Assembly: GCF_009914755.1 (NCBI RefSeq)
Contig: NC_060927.1
From: the human T2T-CHM13v2.0 reference genome, Homo sapiens
Direction: 5' to 3' (one strand)
DNA: 64,000 nucleotides
This document shows positions 22,781-42,466 of the stretch, one piece after another; positions within the stretch are counted from its first letter, which is position 1, and every line of letters begins with the position of its first letter. The position numbers were made by a program, and so were the translations under genes. The notes beneath the pieces are model-generated. The model had not been told where the DNA came from. It saw nothing but the letters and a program-made list of their open reading frames with translations, and ran no database searches.

Positions 22781-25700
22781 TCCCTTCCTCAATTTTTTTT
22801 TACTTAAAATCATAATAAATACAATTCAAACTAATTTTAATACAAAAAGTTAGTCTTAGATATTTGTGATAATTGCTGCTTTCAATATATTCTATGCAAA
22901 TATAAAATATTATAGCAATAATATACATAACTTTTGTATAAATGTTGTATTTGAAAAGGATATTAGAAGCACATGCCTTGGATGAGCACTGTAACATTCA
23001 GAAAATGAAAAACACTTGATATTAACTTAAACTTGAATTTTTTTTCACCCATTGACATTTCGGGCTTTAGGAATAACTGAAATGGATTCACTTTTCCTTA
23101 GGTTGTAGATAGCATGTACGGGATCGCAGATCAGAATAGAAATCACAGTGAACTCGTGGCTGCAACTAGAGCCATGTGGCGCACAGGCCGTTAAATCCAT
23201 GCCACTCTCCAAATGCTTACAATTACCTCCAAACATTTTTTTCAGAATACGAATAATCGGGATAAACCTATGGGAGAATTTAGTTAGTTAACATTTTATA
23301 ATGTAGAATTAGAGCCTTCTGCCAATTCTATAGTGTGTTTCCTCTACACATATTAATTACTGGTATAGAAAAATTACTAGTGTACAAAAGTATTAGTTTA
23401 GGAAAGTTAGTGTCACTGATGGCAGTTCTGAGCACCAAAAGTGCTGCCCTGCAGTAAATAAGGCTATTTCCTTTTTTCGCTTTTATTTTCCATATCATTG
23501 AGTAAACCAATACAATAGAAAGAAAGAATGTATTCACTGCTTCTAAGTGCTGGACATTAAAATGTCCGGGATCATCAAAAGTGTTTTATCATTCTGTCAT
23601 ATTTTAAATGCTGTCATAAGGCCTAAATTTATTTTTCCGATACAAATTGCATCTCAATTTTCCTATAGTTTGAAATAGGAGCAAAATAAACTTCTGCTGG
23701 CCTTTTGAAAGTCACTTTGGCCTTTTCCCAGGGATTTTGCCTTCTGTGTTGTGAATTGTTTTCCCCAACAATGGTAGAAATGCCTCTTTCCCTCAGAGAT
23801 GGAGAAATTAGGCACAGAGTTCCTCACTAAGTGTAAGAGACCTGACCAAGACTGAGCCAAATTTAGGAAATAATACTGAGAAATAAGGAGCTTAATGAAG
23901 GATAGAAAAACCTGGCTTCCTTTTGCCTCAAGCTGGGTCCCCAGAGGCTTGAATAAATATATAGAAAGATGTAGAGAAAAATGTACAAGAACCAATAGGA
24001 ATTGAATAAAGATAATGCATTCATATGCAAATTATCTGAGTGTAAAACTGTCACCTTTTTGATTCACAAAGCTGTATATTACCAGAAAATCAGTTAGAAA
24101 AATGTGTCATTCATATGTTTATCTAACTTTAAATGTAATCTGTGAAATTGGGAAAAGTACATGTGTATACATACACAGAGTTAGTTTTATTATATAATTA
24201 TTGAATACTGCACTTCAGTAGGCTAAATAACATGCAGGAGAGTAATTTACTTTTTCAACATATGAAGGCTGCTTCATGTGATGATTCTAAATATATTTTG
24301 AAAGAAGTGTTATTTTGGTAATTTCACATCAGCTAGTGGGAATTTTCTTTATGGTCATGCTGCACTTTAAACCATGTAGACCAAAATTTAAATTACCATG
24401 CAACTGTAGTTATACCACATTTGTTTAAGATGAAGGACATAAAAAGATTTAAGTTTATTTTTTAAAACATAAATTTATAGAATTAAATAATATTTCTACT
24501 TTTGCTATTTCATTATTTAGACTTTAAATAATGCCTGATTATCTCCAGAAAACATGTGTCATTATGCTTCTAAGGGCTTTGTTTTACTTTAGCTTTTATT
24601 GCAAATGGGTAAATATTCATTGAATTTAATCATAATAGCATTGTCTTTATCATCAATTTATTGTTAAGGCAAATTATGAATATCTCTATCCTGTATTTTT
24701 TTAAATTTTATAAAAAATAATAAATTCTTAGGATACCTTTGCTAACATGCTCAAGTAAGAAATCCCTTTACTTACAAAATCATTCCCAATTAAGGGAGCT
24801 GTTTTGCCGTAGAAATAAAAATGTTATGAATATCATTTATGGTAAAAATTTGACCTTTTTTTAAACCACCTGGGGAGAATCAACAGTTTGGGTTCATATA
24901 AATGTGAACAGTAATGTCCTGTTTTCTACTATATGAATTCCTACTAGACAGAAAATCAATTTCTTCAATGGATTAACTATATTGGCCTGGGATACTTTTC
25001 AACTAAGGCACAAGATTTTGACTAAAATATATCGATCTATGTATATCTATATAACTATATCTGTATCTAACTCTGTCCTCTCTGGCCTCTCCTCCTTACC
25101 TGTATCCACAACTAAGTATTTGTCTTGCCTGCTCACACACACTGCCCATGAAACCTATGGGATAAATTCCCTAGAAGATATATGCTCTCTGGTTGTCTTT
25201 TGTAACTATAACCTAAGAGGACAGTTAGCCTAGTTAATTTTTTCAGTGAATATCAATTCTTTTGTTAAATTTCCTGATGTTATTAAAAATTAGATTACTA
25301 TCTATATGAACATCTTGGAGATTATTAATAATTATGGTTATATAGTTTACATTCCTTAAACTTTTATTAGAAACTCTGTAAATCATTACGTTAGACACTG
25401 CAAAAAATAAATTTATCTCACATTTTAGAGTCTCTGAGAATAGTTACGAATCCAGGTCTTAGCTAGAAATTTTGTCCTTTCGCGTTCAGAAATTTCTGCC
25501 TTGAAGTAAGGAAAATACTGTGAGTTTCTTTTTTGTCATTACATTGGATTTTTATATCCTAACGAAGACATGCTCTCACCTGTCAGTTTTTCACTGAAGT
25601 GCCCTAAGTGAGGAATGAGAGTGCCCTAAGTGTAACATAAGTTCAATTTCTGTCACTTTACACAGGCCTTTCTTGGACATAGTCTATTTGTACTTCTACC

Positions 25701-28700
25701 CATAAAAACTTACCAGAAAGGGGTAGCTTAGAGTAGTTATTCTTTCTTAAGGGAAACTAAAAGAGTCCATGGCAAATATGTTGCTTTATCTCTCTTCTGG
25801 GCTAAAGAACTTGCATGTCTCTTGTTCCCAATGGCTGTAGCAAAACCATATCTCGATCTTTTCTTTCTGATGAAGCTGTCATTTGGAATTGTTTTCAAGA
25901 TTGCTGGATTTTAAACCTGATTCATTGCCAAGGTTGGCTTTTGGCTATAAAATTATAGATCCTAGAGCTAAATGTCAAGGGGACCTGAGAACAAAAACAC
26001 AGAAGTATAATCCTTAAGAACATATATTTAGAGAATTTTACTTTCTTGTTTTATAAATATTTAACATGCAATAAATAATCCTAATATATTTTATATATTT
26101 TATGTAGTACACTTTACATTTAAATTATTTTAATGAGAAGTGTGTGATGAGAAAATAACCTAGAGATTGTTTGAATAAATAAAATGTACTTTATATGATC
26201 CTTTGTAAAATATGCAAGTAGCCTTAGGTTTCAGATGGTGCTTATTTTATTCAATGGCACAATGATGATCAGGATAATAAAGTTTTTGTTTTTTTTCAGT
26301 ACAAGTGGCATCTTTATCATCTGGAATTGACAAGTATGTGACTTTATGCTTCATTTGATAGAGGATATTTTAAAGGATAAGAGCTGAGTCACGCTTTATA
26401 GTAACAAATTAATCCTTAATTAGTGATATTTAAGTTACCAGTTACATTATGTCAGTGATAAACCGAATAATATTTATTCATTAATATAATCCAAAGTAAA
26501 AGTGCTTTTTCTCTCCTCATGGGGTTAAAAATGTCACTTTTTATTTGTAATGTGCTTTAAAATAATTGGAAACTGCTGTTTCTACTGTCAACAATGGTGT
26601 GAATATAAAATAAATGGTGAAGAAATAAACTTTATTACATTTTACAGAAATAAAATACCTCTAATTTCATAGAAAACATTTTCTTTTTGAAGCAGAAAAA
26701 TGATATTAAAATAAATGCATCTTGATTTTTAGAAAAATTATCAACCAATAGCAGAAAGACTCTAAAAATTTACATGTAATTAAATTGTATATTAAATATT
26801 CCAAGAATTACTAATATGGTAAAATTTCCATTAATAATGGCATTATAAATACATCAATATTTTCATAAATTGTTCCTGATAATTGGACTTTTCAAGTGGT
26901 ATATATAATATGCTGGAAAGTATAAAGCTATTATATTTTCTTAAATAAAATATTTACTGAATCATTGGCAAACCAACCATAGTAGATTCTCAAATATGTC
27001 AGACTGCTCACAAATATCATTCTCATTTCCCAGTATGCACTAAATAAATAATGAATAAATAAAATTTATTTATTTATTCATTAATGAACAAAAAGGGGCT
27101 TGGTTAATGGCAACAGAAAATATTTCAAAGAAGGAAAGCCAAGAAGTAGTCACCAACTGGAAGAGCAGAAGAAGTAAAACATCAGGTCTGTACTGATGTA
27201 AGAAGTGTGTGAATTCACCCCATAGTTCCCAGAAAAGGCTGAAGTCACCAATTATCATAGAAAATGGGGATGACCCATAAGGCTGAAATAGAGATTTTAA
27301 TAAAAATCTAAATGTGAAATAATTATAATGATGATTTCTGTCTTGCAACCTGTGAAAACACATAATTAAAGCTCCCCATCCTCTGAAAGAAAACTTGGAG
27401 CAGTTTCATGAAAGATAAATCCAGATAATTTATTGAATAAGAAAGCTCAGGGAACCCAGGTCAGATGTGAAACTCATAAGATGAAATAAAAATTGCATGT
27501 TGGAAGCTGGGACTTCCGATTTATTTTCTCTACTTGATTGCTAATATATTGACAGACAAATAAATTAAGCCCACACAAATGAGGGATTGTTAGCCTAAAA
27601 ACAGAAAGGCCCCAAAGAAAAGGTATGGAATATTAATATCTCTTTATAAAAAATGGGAATATCATTTCTGACCGGACTACCACATAGCACACCAGTCAAC
27701 AAGGTCCCAGCAATGCCTCAATCTTCAACATAAATTGAAAGCTAAAAATCATCTGCAATCCCTTATTATAGATGGAGAAACCAGAAACTAGAGCAAAATC
27801 AGCAAAGGATGACAGATATAGGAACAGAAAAAGAGAAATGGGATCATATTCTAGTGTCCTCAATTAATGAAGGGGTATCAGTAATTGACAGCATGAAAGA
27901 GTAGATGATAGAAATCATGTAAGAGTCACACTTGAACAAAGCTACTGGAAAAAGAGAGCAGAAGATTATCTGGAAATGTCACTAGGTAGCCGTGAGGTCA
28001 CTGAAATAATCATCTAAGCCTAACATGCAAAGTGTATTTAAAAATAATGCCCTTTACCTGAGAAGGCTGTTGGAAAAGCTGTATCTACAAGGATCAGCCA
28101 CTTCTGAAGAGGTGAAAAACATCAACAAATTGACTTGCAAACTACAAGCTCTCACCTTTCCACTCACTTGTGGGAACTGAGATTATTGAATAAGTTACCA
28201 CATAGGAGTATTTCTGAAACAGATAAATTTGTAAATAAATAAACAAAATAATCAACATCTATATTCATTTTGTATTAATTTTAATATCCTACCTAGTATT
28301 GCCTAATGACCTGCTGTCCAAGACAAATTTTCTTTCTTTACCTTTTTCCAATTTAAACCGTTTTCTAATACATGATCACCTCAGGTTTGGGATTGCAGCT
28401 AGGACTTGTAAATGTGTATATTGAAGCACTTCCCAGGTTAAAAAAATCAATACTTGTTACACTTGGGCAAATCCTATATATTCCACCATAACATGTAGTA
28501 TCATCAGTGTCTACTCAAGTCACCAGACAGGTATAGGCTAATGATTTAAAATACTTAGAAGGAGGGTAACTTATTAATTTCAGCAGATATTAAGTATTCA
28601 TTGAATGAATTTGGAACACAGAGGAGATTTTTAATTTATAGCAATATGTTTTAATAAGGCAAGCTAACACATAATAATTTTATGTTTTGAGCTACCACAT

Positions 28701-29221
28701 ATCTTCTGTAATCTGTATTTATTTCAATTGAAGTCAATTCTATCTAGCAGAAAGCTTCACTTAAAGAAAAAATAAATTTCATAGCCTTTAGACTTTTTTT
28801 CTTCTGAAAAGTGCAAAAGTGGGATACTACCATACAAATTTGAATGCTGGCATATTCTTCCTTTAAAATATCTGCAAGGGAATGTGTTTTGTTTGTTTGT
28901 GTGTTCATTTTTTCTTAAAGTGTCTGTAATGAAGGGCTTCTTTAATTCAGTATTGCTCATTTGTGATAATAGGAATGTTATCCCATCAGCAATATGCTTG
29001 AAGCTCTTTCTTTTTAAGATTATATACAGCAAAAGTCCATTGTAGCTGCCTCTAGGTAGAGTGTGGAGCACATCTTTATAAAATTCATTTTAACAAATGA
29101 ATTAGAAGATGAGTTACACAAGTAGCTTAGAATATTCTTTAAACATTAAGTGTTGAACAAAAGCAAAAAAAAAAAAAGATACAACTCAATCCAATTAAGT
29201 AAATCTAGTTTGCTTTAAGGG

Positions 29222-29273
29222 CAATGTTTAGCTCCTACTTATAAGTGAGAAAATGTGGTATTGGGTTTTCTGT
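29222..29273 (-). repeat. Isolated ~50-bp L1 fragment matching 30686-30737
   Basis: 45/47 identity over 29227-29273 versus 30691-30737. Confidence 0.9.
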
Positions 29274-30417
29274 ACTCAGAACAATTAAATAAAAATGCCA
29301 TCAAATTAAAAAAATAGTTATCTGACTTGAAAAATTCAAGGTGATTGCCAGTTATCTATATTTTATATACATTTTGGATTTCACTTGTGGTGCCTGCAAT
29401 GGAAAATTCAAATAAAACAAGTAGTCTTGGCTTGAATTACAAAAAGGTTTTATTTGTTTAGAAAGATTCTGAAAAAAAATTTTTATGTTTAATCATTGTA
29501 TCTTCTTAAGGCAAGAATCATTTAAAATGTATGGTTATAGTTTTTTCCTCCATTTTTCTAATGTAATTCATTACATTTGAGAACATAAAGCTCCTTTATC
29601 CTGAAGCCTAGTTGGATGATGATGATGGCTTTTATCCTCAGAGAAGTGTTAGATCTATCCAAATATAATTTCTTAGGTTAAATAAATAATTAACTGTTAG
29701 AGGCATTTTAGGTGTCAAAATATATCACAATTTGCCTGATTTTGTTTTATTTATTTTTAAGATACAGGATGTTTACTTTCTAGTAACAAATAGCAATTTA
29801 TAAAAAAGGCTATGTGCTTTGTTTAGATTGTAGAAAAATATGAGTATTATAATACTTTATTTCTGTAATTCACTCCTGCAATTTAAAATGTCTAAACACA
29901 GGTTGTATCTATTTGCTTTTAAAATTTCAACGTTACAGTCTTAATAGGGTCAGATAAGCATTATCCTTAAAATTTGCAAATATGTCACCACGCAGATTTG
30001 TTTCCATGTTACTACCTGGTCTGGTGTATACTTACCTTTATACATATTTGAATAGTCTATTAATATTAATATAACTTACTTTAAATGGTACTGGGGATAA
30101 TTTTTGATAATACTATATCATTTTCTGAAACGAAAACCTTACATTTCTTCCAACCAGAAAGTGTGGGATGGAAGAGTTGAGTAATTTGGATGAACAAATA
30201 AACAACAGTATGTATCTTGATATCCTCTCTATAGCTTAAAGATTGATAAATAGGTTAATTGGATTCCTTTGCCTACTTTTCTGTTTGGATCACTAAAGAA
30301 TCTTCCCTACCGCCATCGGAATTGCTTCAGCTGTTTGATACTCTGTCAACATCTGGAAAGGAGAGAACGGAAAAGAGGGAAATACAAAAGGTACAATTTG
30401 AACTCAAAAGACAGTAT

Positions 30418-30453
30418 TCTATTTATTTATTTATTTATTTATTTATTTATTTT
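30418..30453. repeat. (TTTA)n microsatellite, probably derived from the adjacent L1 polyA
   Basis: Read directly. Confidence 0.9.
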
Positions 30454-30459
30454 TCCATG

Positions 30460-30899
30460 ATTTTATGAATAATTTCAACTTTTATTTTAGATTCAGGGGG
30501 TACATGTGCAGGTTTGTTACCTAGGTATATTGCGTGATGCTGAGGTTAGGGTACAAATAATCTTGTCACCCAGGAAATAAGCATAGTACCCAAAACATAG
30601 TTTTTCAGCCTTTGTCTCCCTCCTACTGTGTCCCCTGTAATAGTTCCCAGAGTCTCTTGTTCTCATCTTTATGTCTCTACGTAACCAGTATTTAGCTCCT
30701 ACTTATAAGTGAGAACATGTGGTATTGGGTTTACTGTTCCTGCTTTAAGTTACTTAGGATAATGACTTCTAGCTGCATCCATGTTGCTGCCAAGGACTTG
30801 ATTTCATTCTTTCTATCAGTTGCATGGTATTCCATAGTGTATATGTACCGCATTTTCTGTATCCAGTCCACTATTGATGGGCATCTATGCTGATTCCAT
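30460..30899 (-). mobile_element. L1PA15/16-like 3' end (host element, left part)
   Basis: tttcaacttttattttagattcagggggtacatgtgcaggtttgttac...gctgcatccatgttgctg. Confidence 0.9.
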
Positions 30900-30900
30900 C

Positions 30901-36547
<5,647 letters not shown>

Positions 36548-36909
36548 AGTAGAATGGTGGTTACCAGAGGCTTTGAAGTATGGTACGGGAGTGGAGGTGG
36601 GGTTTTGGGGGTTGGAGCTGAGATGGTTAAGGAGTATAAAAAATAGTCAGAAGGAATAAATAAGAGCTGGTATTTGATGGCACAACAGGGTGACTATAGT
36701 GTATAATAACTTAATTGTACTTTTTAAAGTAACTAAAAGAGCATAATTACATTGTATGTAACACAAAGAATAAATATTTGAGGGGATTGGTTGTTACCTC
36801 ACTTACCCTGATGTAATTATTATACATTGTAGGCCTGTATCAAAATATCCCATACATCCTATAAATGTATACCTCTAATATGTACCTACAAAAATTAAAA
36901 ATAAAAAAA
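36548..36909 (+). mobile_element. L1MA2-like 3'UTR and polyA (continuation of 30901-34558)
   Basis: gcacaacagggtgactatagt...gtaacacaaag...aaaaattaaaaataaaaaa. Confidence 0.9.
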
Positions 36910-37030
36910 CCTCCAAACTGCTTTACACAGAGGCTGAACTGATTTATATTCCCATCAAAAGTATGCAAGCATTCCCTTTTCTACAACACCTCATCAGCAT
37001 TTATTTTTTGTCTTTTCATAATAGCCATTA
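36910..37030 (-). mobile_element. L1PA15/16-like host, right part
   Basis: ctccaaactgctttacacagaggctgaact...aataatagccatt-like antisense ORF2 C-terminal sequence. Confidence 0.8.
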
Positions 37031-37589
37031 ATAATATTAATCATATTATTATTTATAATAAATAATAACAATTAATAATGATTATTATGATTAAAAGGAA
37101 AGTATCATTTAAAAAGACTAAGCAAATTATTAAGGTTGGTCTGAAATTACCAGACTAGCTTATATCCACCCTCGTGCTCTGTTCTCCTGGATTGACTCAT
37201 GAGGCAGCTCATATCATCTATTAGAAATTTTTACACAGTTGAATAGAGTGTGTAAGTGTACGTGCAATATGGAAATTGGAAATCCCTGTGGAAGAGAGAT
37301 AAGTCAATGTAATTTGCCGAATAATATTAAGAAGCAGGTTTTTATTTATTAAACATTATTTGCTGCCATGTGAATCATATTGATTTGTATATAACATTTC
37401 TGATTATCCATATTACAAATCAAGGTAGCTAGGCATTTCTAGTAATCTACTTATATCTTTACAAACATTGGACCTTTAAATGGTAGAAATGCTTCAGAGT
37501 TGATGCAATATGCATGTAACTCATGTAGAAGAATGGAGGGCTACACATTTTGCAAGGTTTCAAGTTTAGAATTCCAACATTAGATTAAA

Positions 37590-38058
37590 AATCAAATGAA
37601 TATTCATGAGCAAATGAAAGGAGAAATAAACTGGGCTATACGCATACAATGGAATATTATTCAGCCTTAAAAGTAAAGAAATTTTGACATGTGCTACAAT
37701 GTGGATGGAACTTGAAAACATTATGCTAAGTGAAATAAGTGCTAAATGAAATAAGCCAGGCACAAAAGGACACAAGCCAGGCACAGAAGGACACACTTCA
37801 CTTACACAAGGTACCTAGTAGTGAAATTTATATACAGAGAAAGTAGAATGGCTGTTGCCAGAGGCTGGGATGAATGGAATGGGGTTTTAGTTTTCAGTAG
37901 GTACAGAGTTTCACTTTGTGAAGATGAAAAAGTTCTGAAAATGGCTGCTGGTGATAATTGCACAATAGTGGAAATATACTCAATCCCACAGAACTATGCA
38001 CTCAAAATGGTTAAATGACAAATTATACAGTATGTATATTTATATCACAAGAAAAAAA
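37590..38058 (+). mobile_element. L1MB (MB3/4-like) 3' end
   Basis: catacaatggaatattattcagccttaaaa...gtacagagtttca...gaagatgaaaaagttctg...aaaatggttaaa. Confidence 0.88.
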
Positions 38059-38746
38059 GTAAAATTCAACGGAGTAGAGATTTTGAAAATCTTCTTGAGT
38101 TTGACATTTCACTCCACTCCATCTTTGAGGCTTTAGAGCAGCCCATAACCTGGAGTCAAAACCTAGGAAAGGTACTCATAACCAGACTTTTTGATTCCAA
38201 AGTTAAGTTCTTTAAGAATATTCTTCCTTGAATCATTTCCCCCATGAGAAAAGAATTAAGCTATCTCAATAATTTGAGAAAACTGAAAAACTTCAACCTG
38301 AGCAAAAGTTCCAGAATTAGTTTAAATTTCTTTTAACTTCTTTAGTCCTTTCTTTTTATTTTGCCTTTGGCAATGCAGCATAACCAGAAAAGCCGCTTTT
38401 GGAGAAAGAATTATTTGCATATCTTAGGATGAGTAACAGGTAAAACCCAAGAAATGGGTATGAGGTCTAAGCTATTTGCTAAAAAAGTGAAATGGAGGAA
38501 ATGTGATTCTATTAAGCTGTTGAGAAATGCTCCATTGATGTCATTATTATTTTTTAAAATCCCAAATCTATTAAAATAAATGACTAGAGCAGAATATGAG
38601 AAGTAGGGCCCAATCTATGCAGGGAACTCTGAAGACTTCATAGTCATACTTTTAAAGCTGAATCTCTCTGTAGTCATTAAAACTAGATGAGATTTTGCCA
38701 GTATGTCCAATATCTTTGTGTGACTGTGTACCTAAGGTTGTGCGTG

Positions 38747-38748
<2 letters not shown>

Positions 38749-38778
<30 letters not shown>
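38749..38778. repeat. (TG)15 microsatellite
   Basis: Read directly. Confidence 0.97.
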
Positions 38779-38779
<1 letters not shown>

Positions 38780-40234
38780 ACGTTGTGGGTGGGGGGCTTG
38801 GGGGTAAAAGAGAAAGGGAGAATCTATGAGAGAAAAAATGTACATGAAAATATTGACCTAAAACGTATCTCTGGCCGAGCCTGTGTGAACAAGTACAGAT
38901 TTTAGACAACTAGATTTAAAGAAGATTTGAGTGCAAACAAGATGAAAAGGAATCACTTATATTGATTGAAGAAACAGATACAATGATGCTTTCTTGTTTT
39001 CTCTGCTCCTTTAGTTACAAGATTTTTTTCTCCAGGAGTGTAAGTAAACACTTTTTGGTGCCTTCCTGCTCAGTTTACAGCACACATGGCTAAAATGTGA
39101 AACCTCAGATACACTCTATGCATGCACTCTCCAAATTGTCCTGAAGTTTTTTATACCAAAGGCATAATAATTGGTGTCAATCTTTGCTTTTCTCTTTTTG
39201 TACTGCAAAGTAGTTCCTGCATAGTCATTGAGACTGCAGTGTCCCTATTATAAGAAGCTATCACTTCTTTTTTCAATGGAACAGATATTTGATGATCTGC
39301 TGAAAATATATTTGTGAGCCTAAAAGATATTCAAACTGTGAAAAATATTTATATAACAAAAGATATATGGACAAGTGGATAAATAATTGGTGACATACCT
39401 GGGGCTGCCCACAAGGTTTTGTTTTGTTTAAAAAGGAAATCTCTCACTCCGTTCTCCTGGATAATATTTCTGGTCATGACAGTTTTGAAATGTAGTCTAT
39501 TTTTTTAAATACTTTGCATGGAAAATGGTCATACAGATAGCTAGTTTACAGAGAGGGAAAGAGAGAGGAAAGAGATAGAGAAAGAGAGAGAGATTGATAA
39601 ATTAAAATTAAAATTAAAACAAAAGCAAAGCAATTAAAAACTCAAAATAAAATTTAAAATGTCTTTTTTTTTTTCCTTAACAGAGAAACTTTGTGTAAGT
39701 CAGTCCATTGGAGTCTATTTTTCTTTTCTTAAGCATAGCAGCAGGGGTGCAGTGACACTAGTATGATACATTCTGATTACCTGTGTAGTTTGCATAAATG
39801 ATTTACATGTCTCTCAATCAATCTGCATGGTGAAAGTTTCTGGAGGAGGAGCAGACTATGAAATGTACTATGAGTAAATCTTAAATCTAAGGCCCTGCTG
39901 GTCACTCAGTCACTGGAGGTAGAGAGCCACTCTGCTTTTCCACTTTCCATTATGACTTTAAAAAATGTTTTAGAATTATTTTGGCTCACTCTATGTTGTG
40001 CTTCTTATAAATATGTCCTGTTGAATGTGGTACATTATTTTCACAATTTACATTAATAACTCAAAGTGTAAAGTCAATAGAAAGTTTGAAACAAATTTTA
40101 ATGGCAAAGGACAGTTATTCTTAGAGATTCTCTATCCTTAAGTTATTGTTGTTGTTCATCTATTTGCATTGCCAAAAATACTCTCTTCTGTTATATTTTA
40201 TTGCAATATTATAATATTTATATTATAAAATTAT

Positions 40235-40413
40235 TTACTGAAGTTTGTGGTATCTCCCAATTAAACTATAAGATAGAAGTTATTATTTCAATCTATGAAG
40301 TAGGAAAAGTGATGTCTAGAAGCGCAGTTACTTGTCCACAATAACACAATTACTAATGTGAATACAAATTCAAAGCAAGATTAATTTGATTCTAAACCTA
40401 TACATTTTCCACT
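40235..40413 (-). mobile_element. MIR SINE
   Basis: tattatttcaatctatgaagtaggaaaagtga...acttgtccacaataacaca...attcaaagcaag...tgattctaaacc. Confidence 0.55.
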
Positions 40414-40799
40414 AAGGCTTAATAGGAAATCATTTCTCATCAGTGTTTTCTAACATACAACATTCCCTAAAATTTTATGCTGCAACCAGAAGATTTAGAC
40501 ACAAGCATTAAACCATAGAGAAAGAGTATAAATATTCTTCAACATTTTAAATGATGTATCTCATAGGAGTTTACTTTATGTGGACAAATAGAAACTAAAA
40601 ACCAACCTGACTCTAGAAAATATGTTTCTTTCCTATTACCTAGCAACAATAAAACCATTTTCTTTAGGAATGATTTCATGTTAATTAGCTTTTGGATATA
40701 GTAAGAATCAGATCCGATGCATTAATTCATCCCCTCAATAGACACTTATGATGTATCCATCTACTTTGTACCCATCAATAGTTAATGCCCTTCTTTTTT

Positions 40800-41170
40800 C
40801 TGAGACAGGAAACATAGAAGAGGAAGAGGATTATCGGAAAACATTGTATCAAAACATTTTGTTTTGAATGTGTTAAGATGAGATGTTTGTAAAATTTCTG
40901 AGAGGATATATCAAGAATGAAATGGAATATACATTATCAAAGCTGAAAGGAGAAGCTTGAGCCAGAGATTAAAATTCTGGAGTAATAATCAATTGCATGG
41001 TAAACTAGGCCAATAAAACAAATAAAGGTGACTGCATAAGACATAAAGAAAGAATAGAAATGGAGGCCCATGACTGTTCAGAGAGTGTACCATGTTTGTG
41101 GTGAGAATAGACAAAAAGTCAACCAAACAGGTCAGCATGCGCTGACAGAAGGGAGAATATAATAGTATGT
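40800..41170 (-). mobile_element. L2 fragment
   Basis: gttttgaatgtgttaagatgagatg...aaagctgaaaggagaagcttgagccagagattaaaattctggagt. Confidence 0.55.
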
Positions 41171-42466
41171 GAAGAAATATACTATGAGACATTTTGTCCT
41201 AATTCTTAATAATTTTAATTATAGAAGTTGATCTTGATTTGTGTTTATGAGTTTTGACATTATCTGAATTTATAATTTAAAAATATAATATTTCTAATAC
41301 TTTAACCATATCCTCACATACATCAAGTTCTTTAGCACAACGTTCTGAAGATTGACATCTAACTATAGAGAAATTAGACAGCAACACTAATGTAAACATT
41401 TTCAGTAATCATTATTATCTCATGAGGGTAAGTATGACTACACAGATACATTTCTGACAACTTTTTAAAATATACTGTAGTTAATCTGCCTTATGTAATG
41501 AAGTACTGGTTAGTGAAACCTCCCGTGCTTCATAATTACCACAGTTTCAAAAGTACTTTCTACATAAATAGCTGGGCAATTTCTTTCAAATTACAAATAA
41601 CATTACACATTACCTAACATCACTGTATGCAGGATACAAGATGGTATTTATTTTCCCCTTCTCGGATGTTCTATTCAGTTAGAAGGATAAATAAAAACAC
41701 CTGCCTGGAACATTATATCCATTTGCATTTCAGCAGCTTCTTTTGTGGTTTGAAGTTTTGTTTAACAAAAGGAAGTAGAGAGGCAGGTGCACTGAGAAGA
41801 AAAATTATAAAGTAAAAAGAACTGAACAGAGAGAAAAGGTAAACATCTTAATGAAGAACCAAAATAGAATAGAAAACAGAAAGGGATAAGAAATTTATTG
41901 TAAAGCAAACAATTTAAAAGATTTTTTATCCTTAACATGGTATTCAAGTTATTCAGTTTATTTGAAAATTATGCCATAGCAATTTAAAAATCAAGTTTAT
42001 TAATAATTTTGAATTTATTTCTTCTGTTGAAGTGAATTAGTAAAATACTTTCTTTTATAGATAAAACCAATTACAAATGATAATCGTGCTTTGGATCAGG
42101 GTAACTGTGACATTTCTGTAGGGGCCATCTTAGAGAACAATGTGCAATGTTCTGTTACTTTAAGTCACTGTATCCATCTGCTCTATTTCATGCAGTCTTT
42201 CTTCTCTCTCTTGAAAAGACTCCTGTTACTGCACTTTCTTCACCATGTCTTTCCAGATTAATTAGAGAGAGTAACTGACAGACTCCTTCATTCTCTCTAG
42301 CTGGACCATGGAACTATGCTTTCCTGCTTAAACTTTATTCTGGAACAATTTTATTAATCTCTTTAAAGCTTAAAATTAACAGATATTTAAAATAAAATAT
42401 TTCTAGGGTATTTCATCTGTGTGGATTAAAAAAGAAAAAGTAAATTATGTAAAGCAAAATAAGTGG

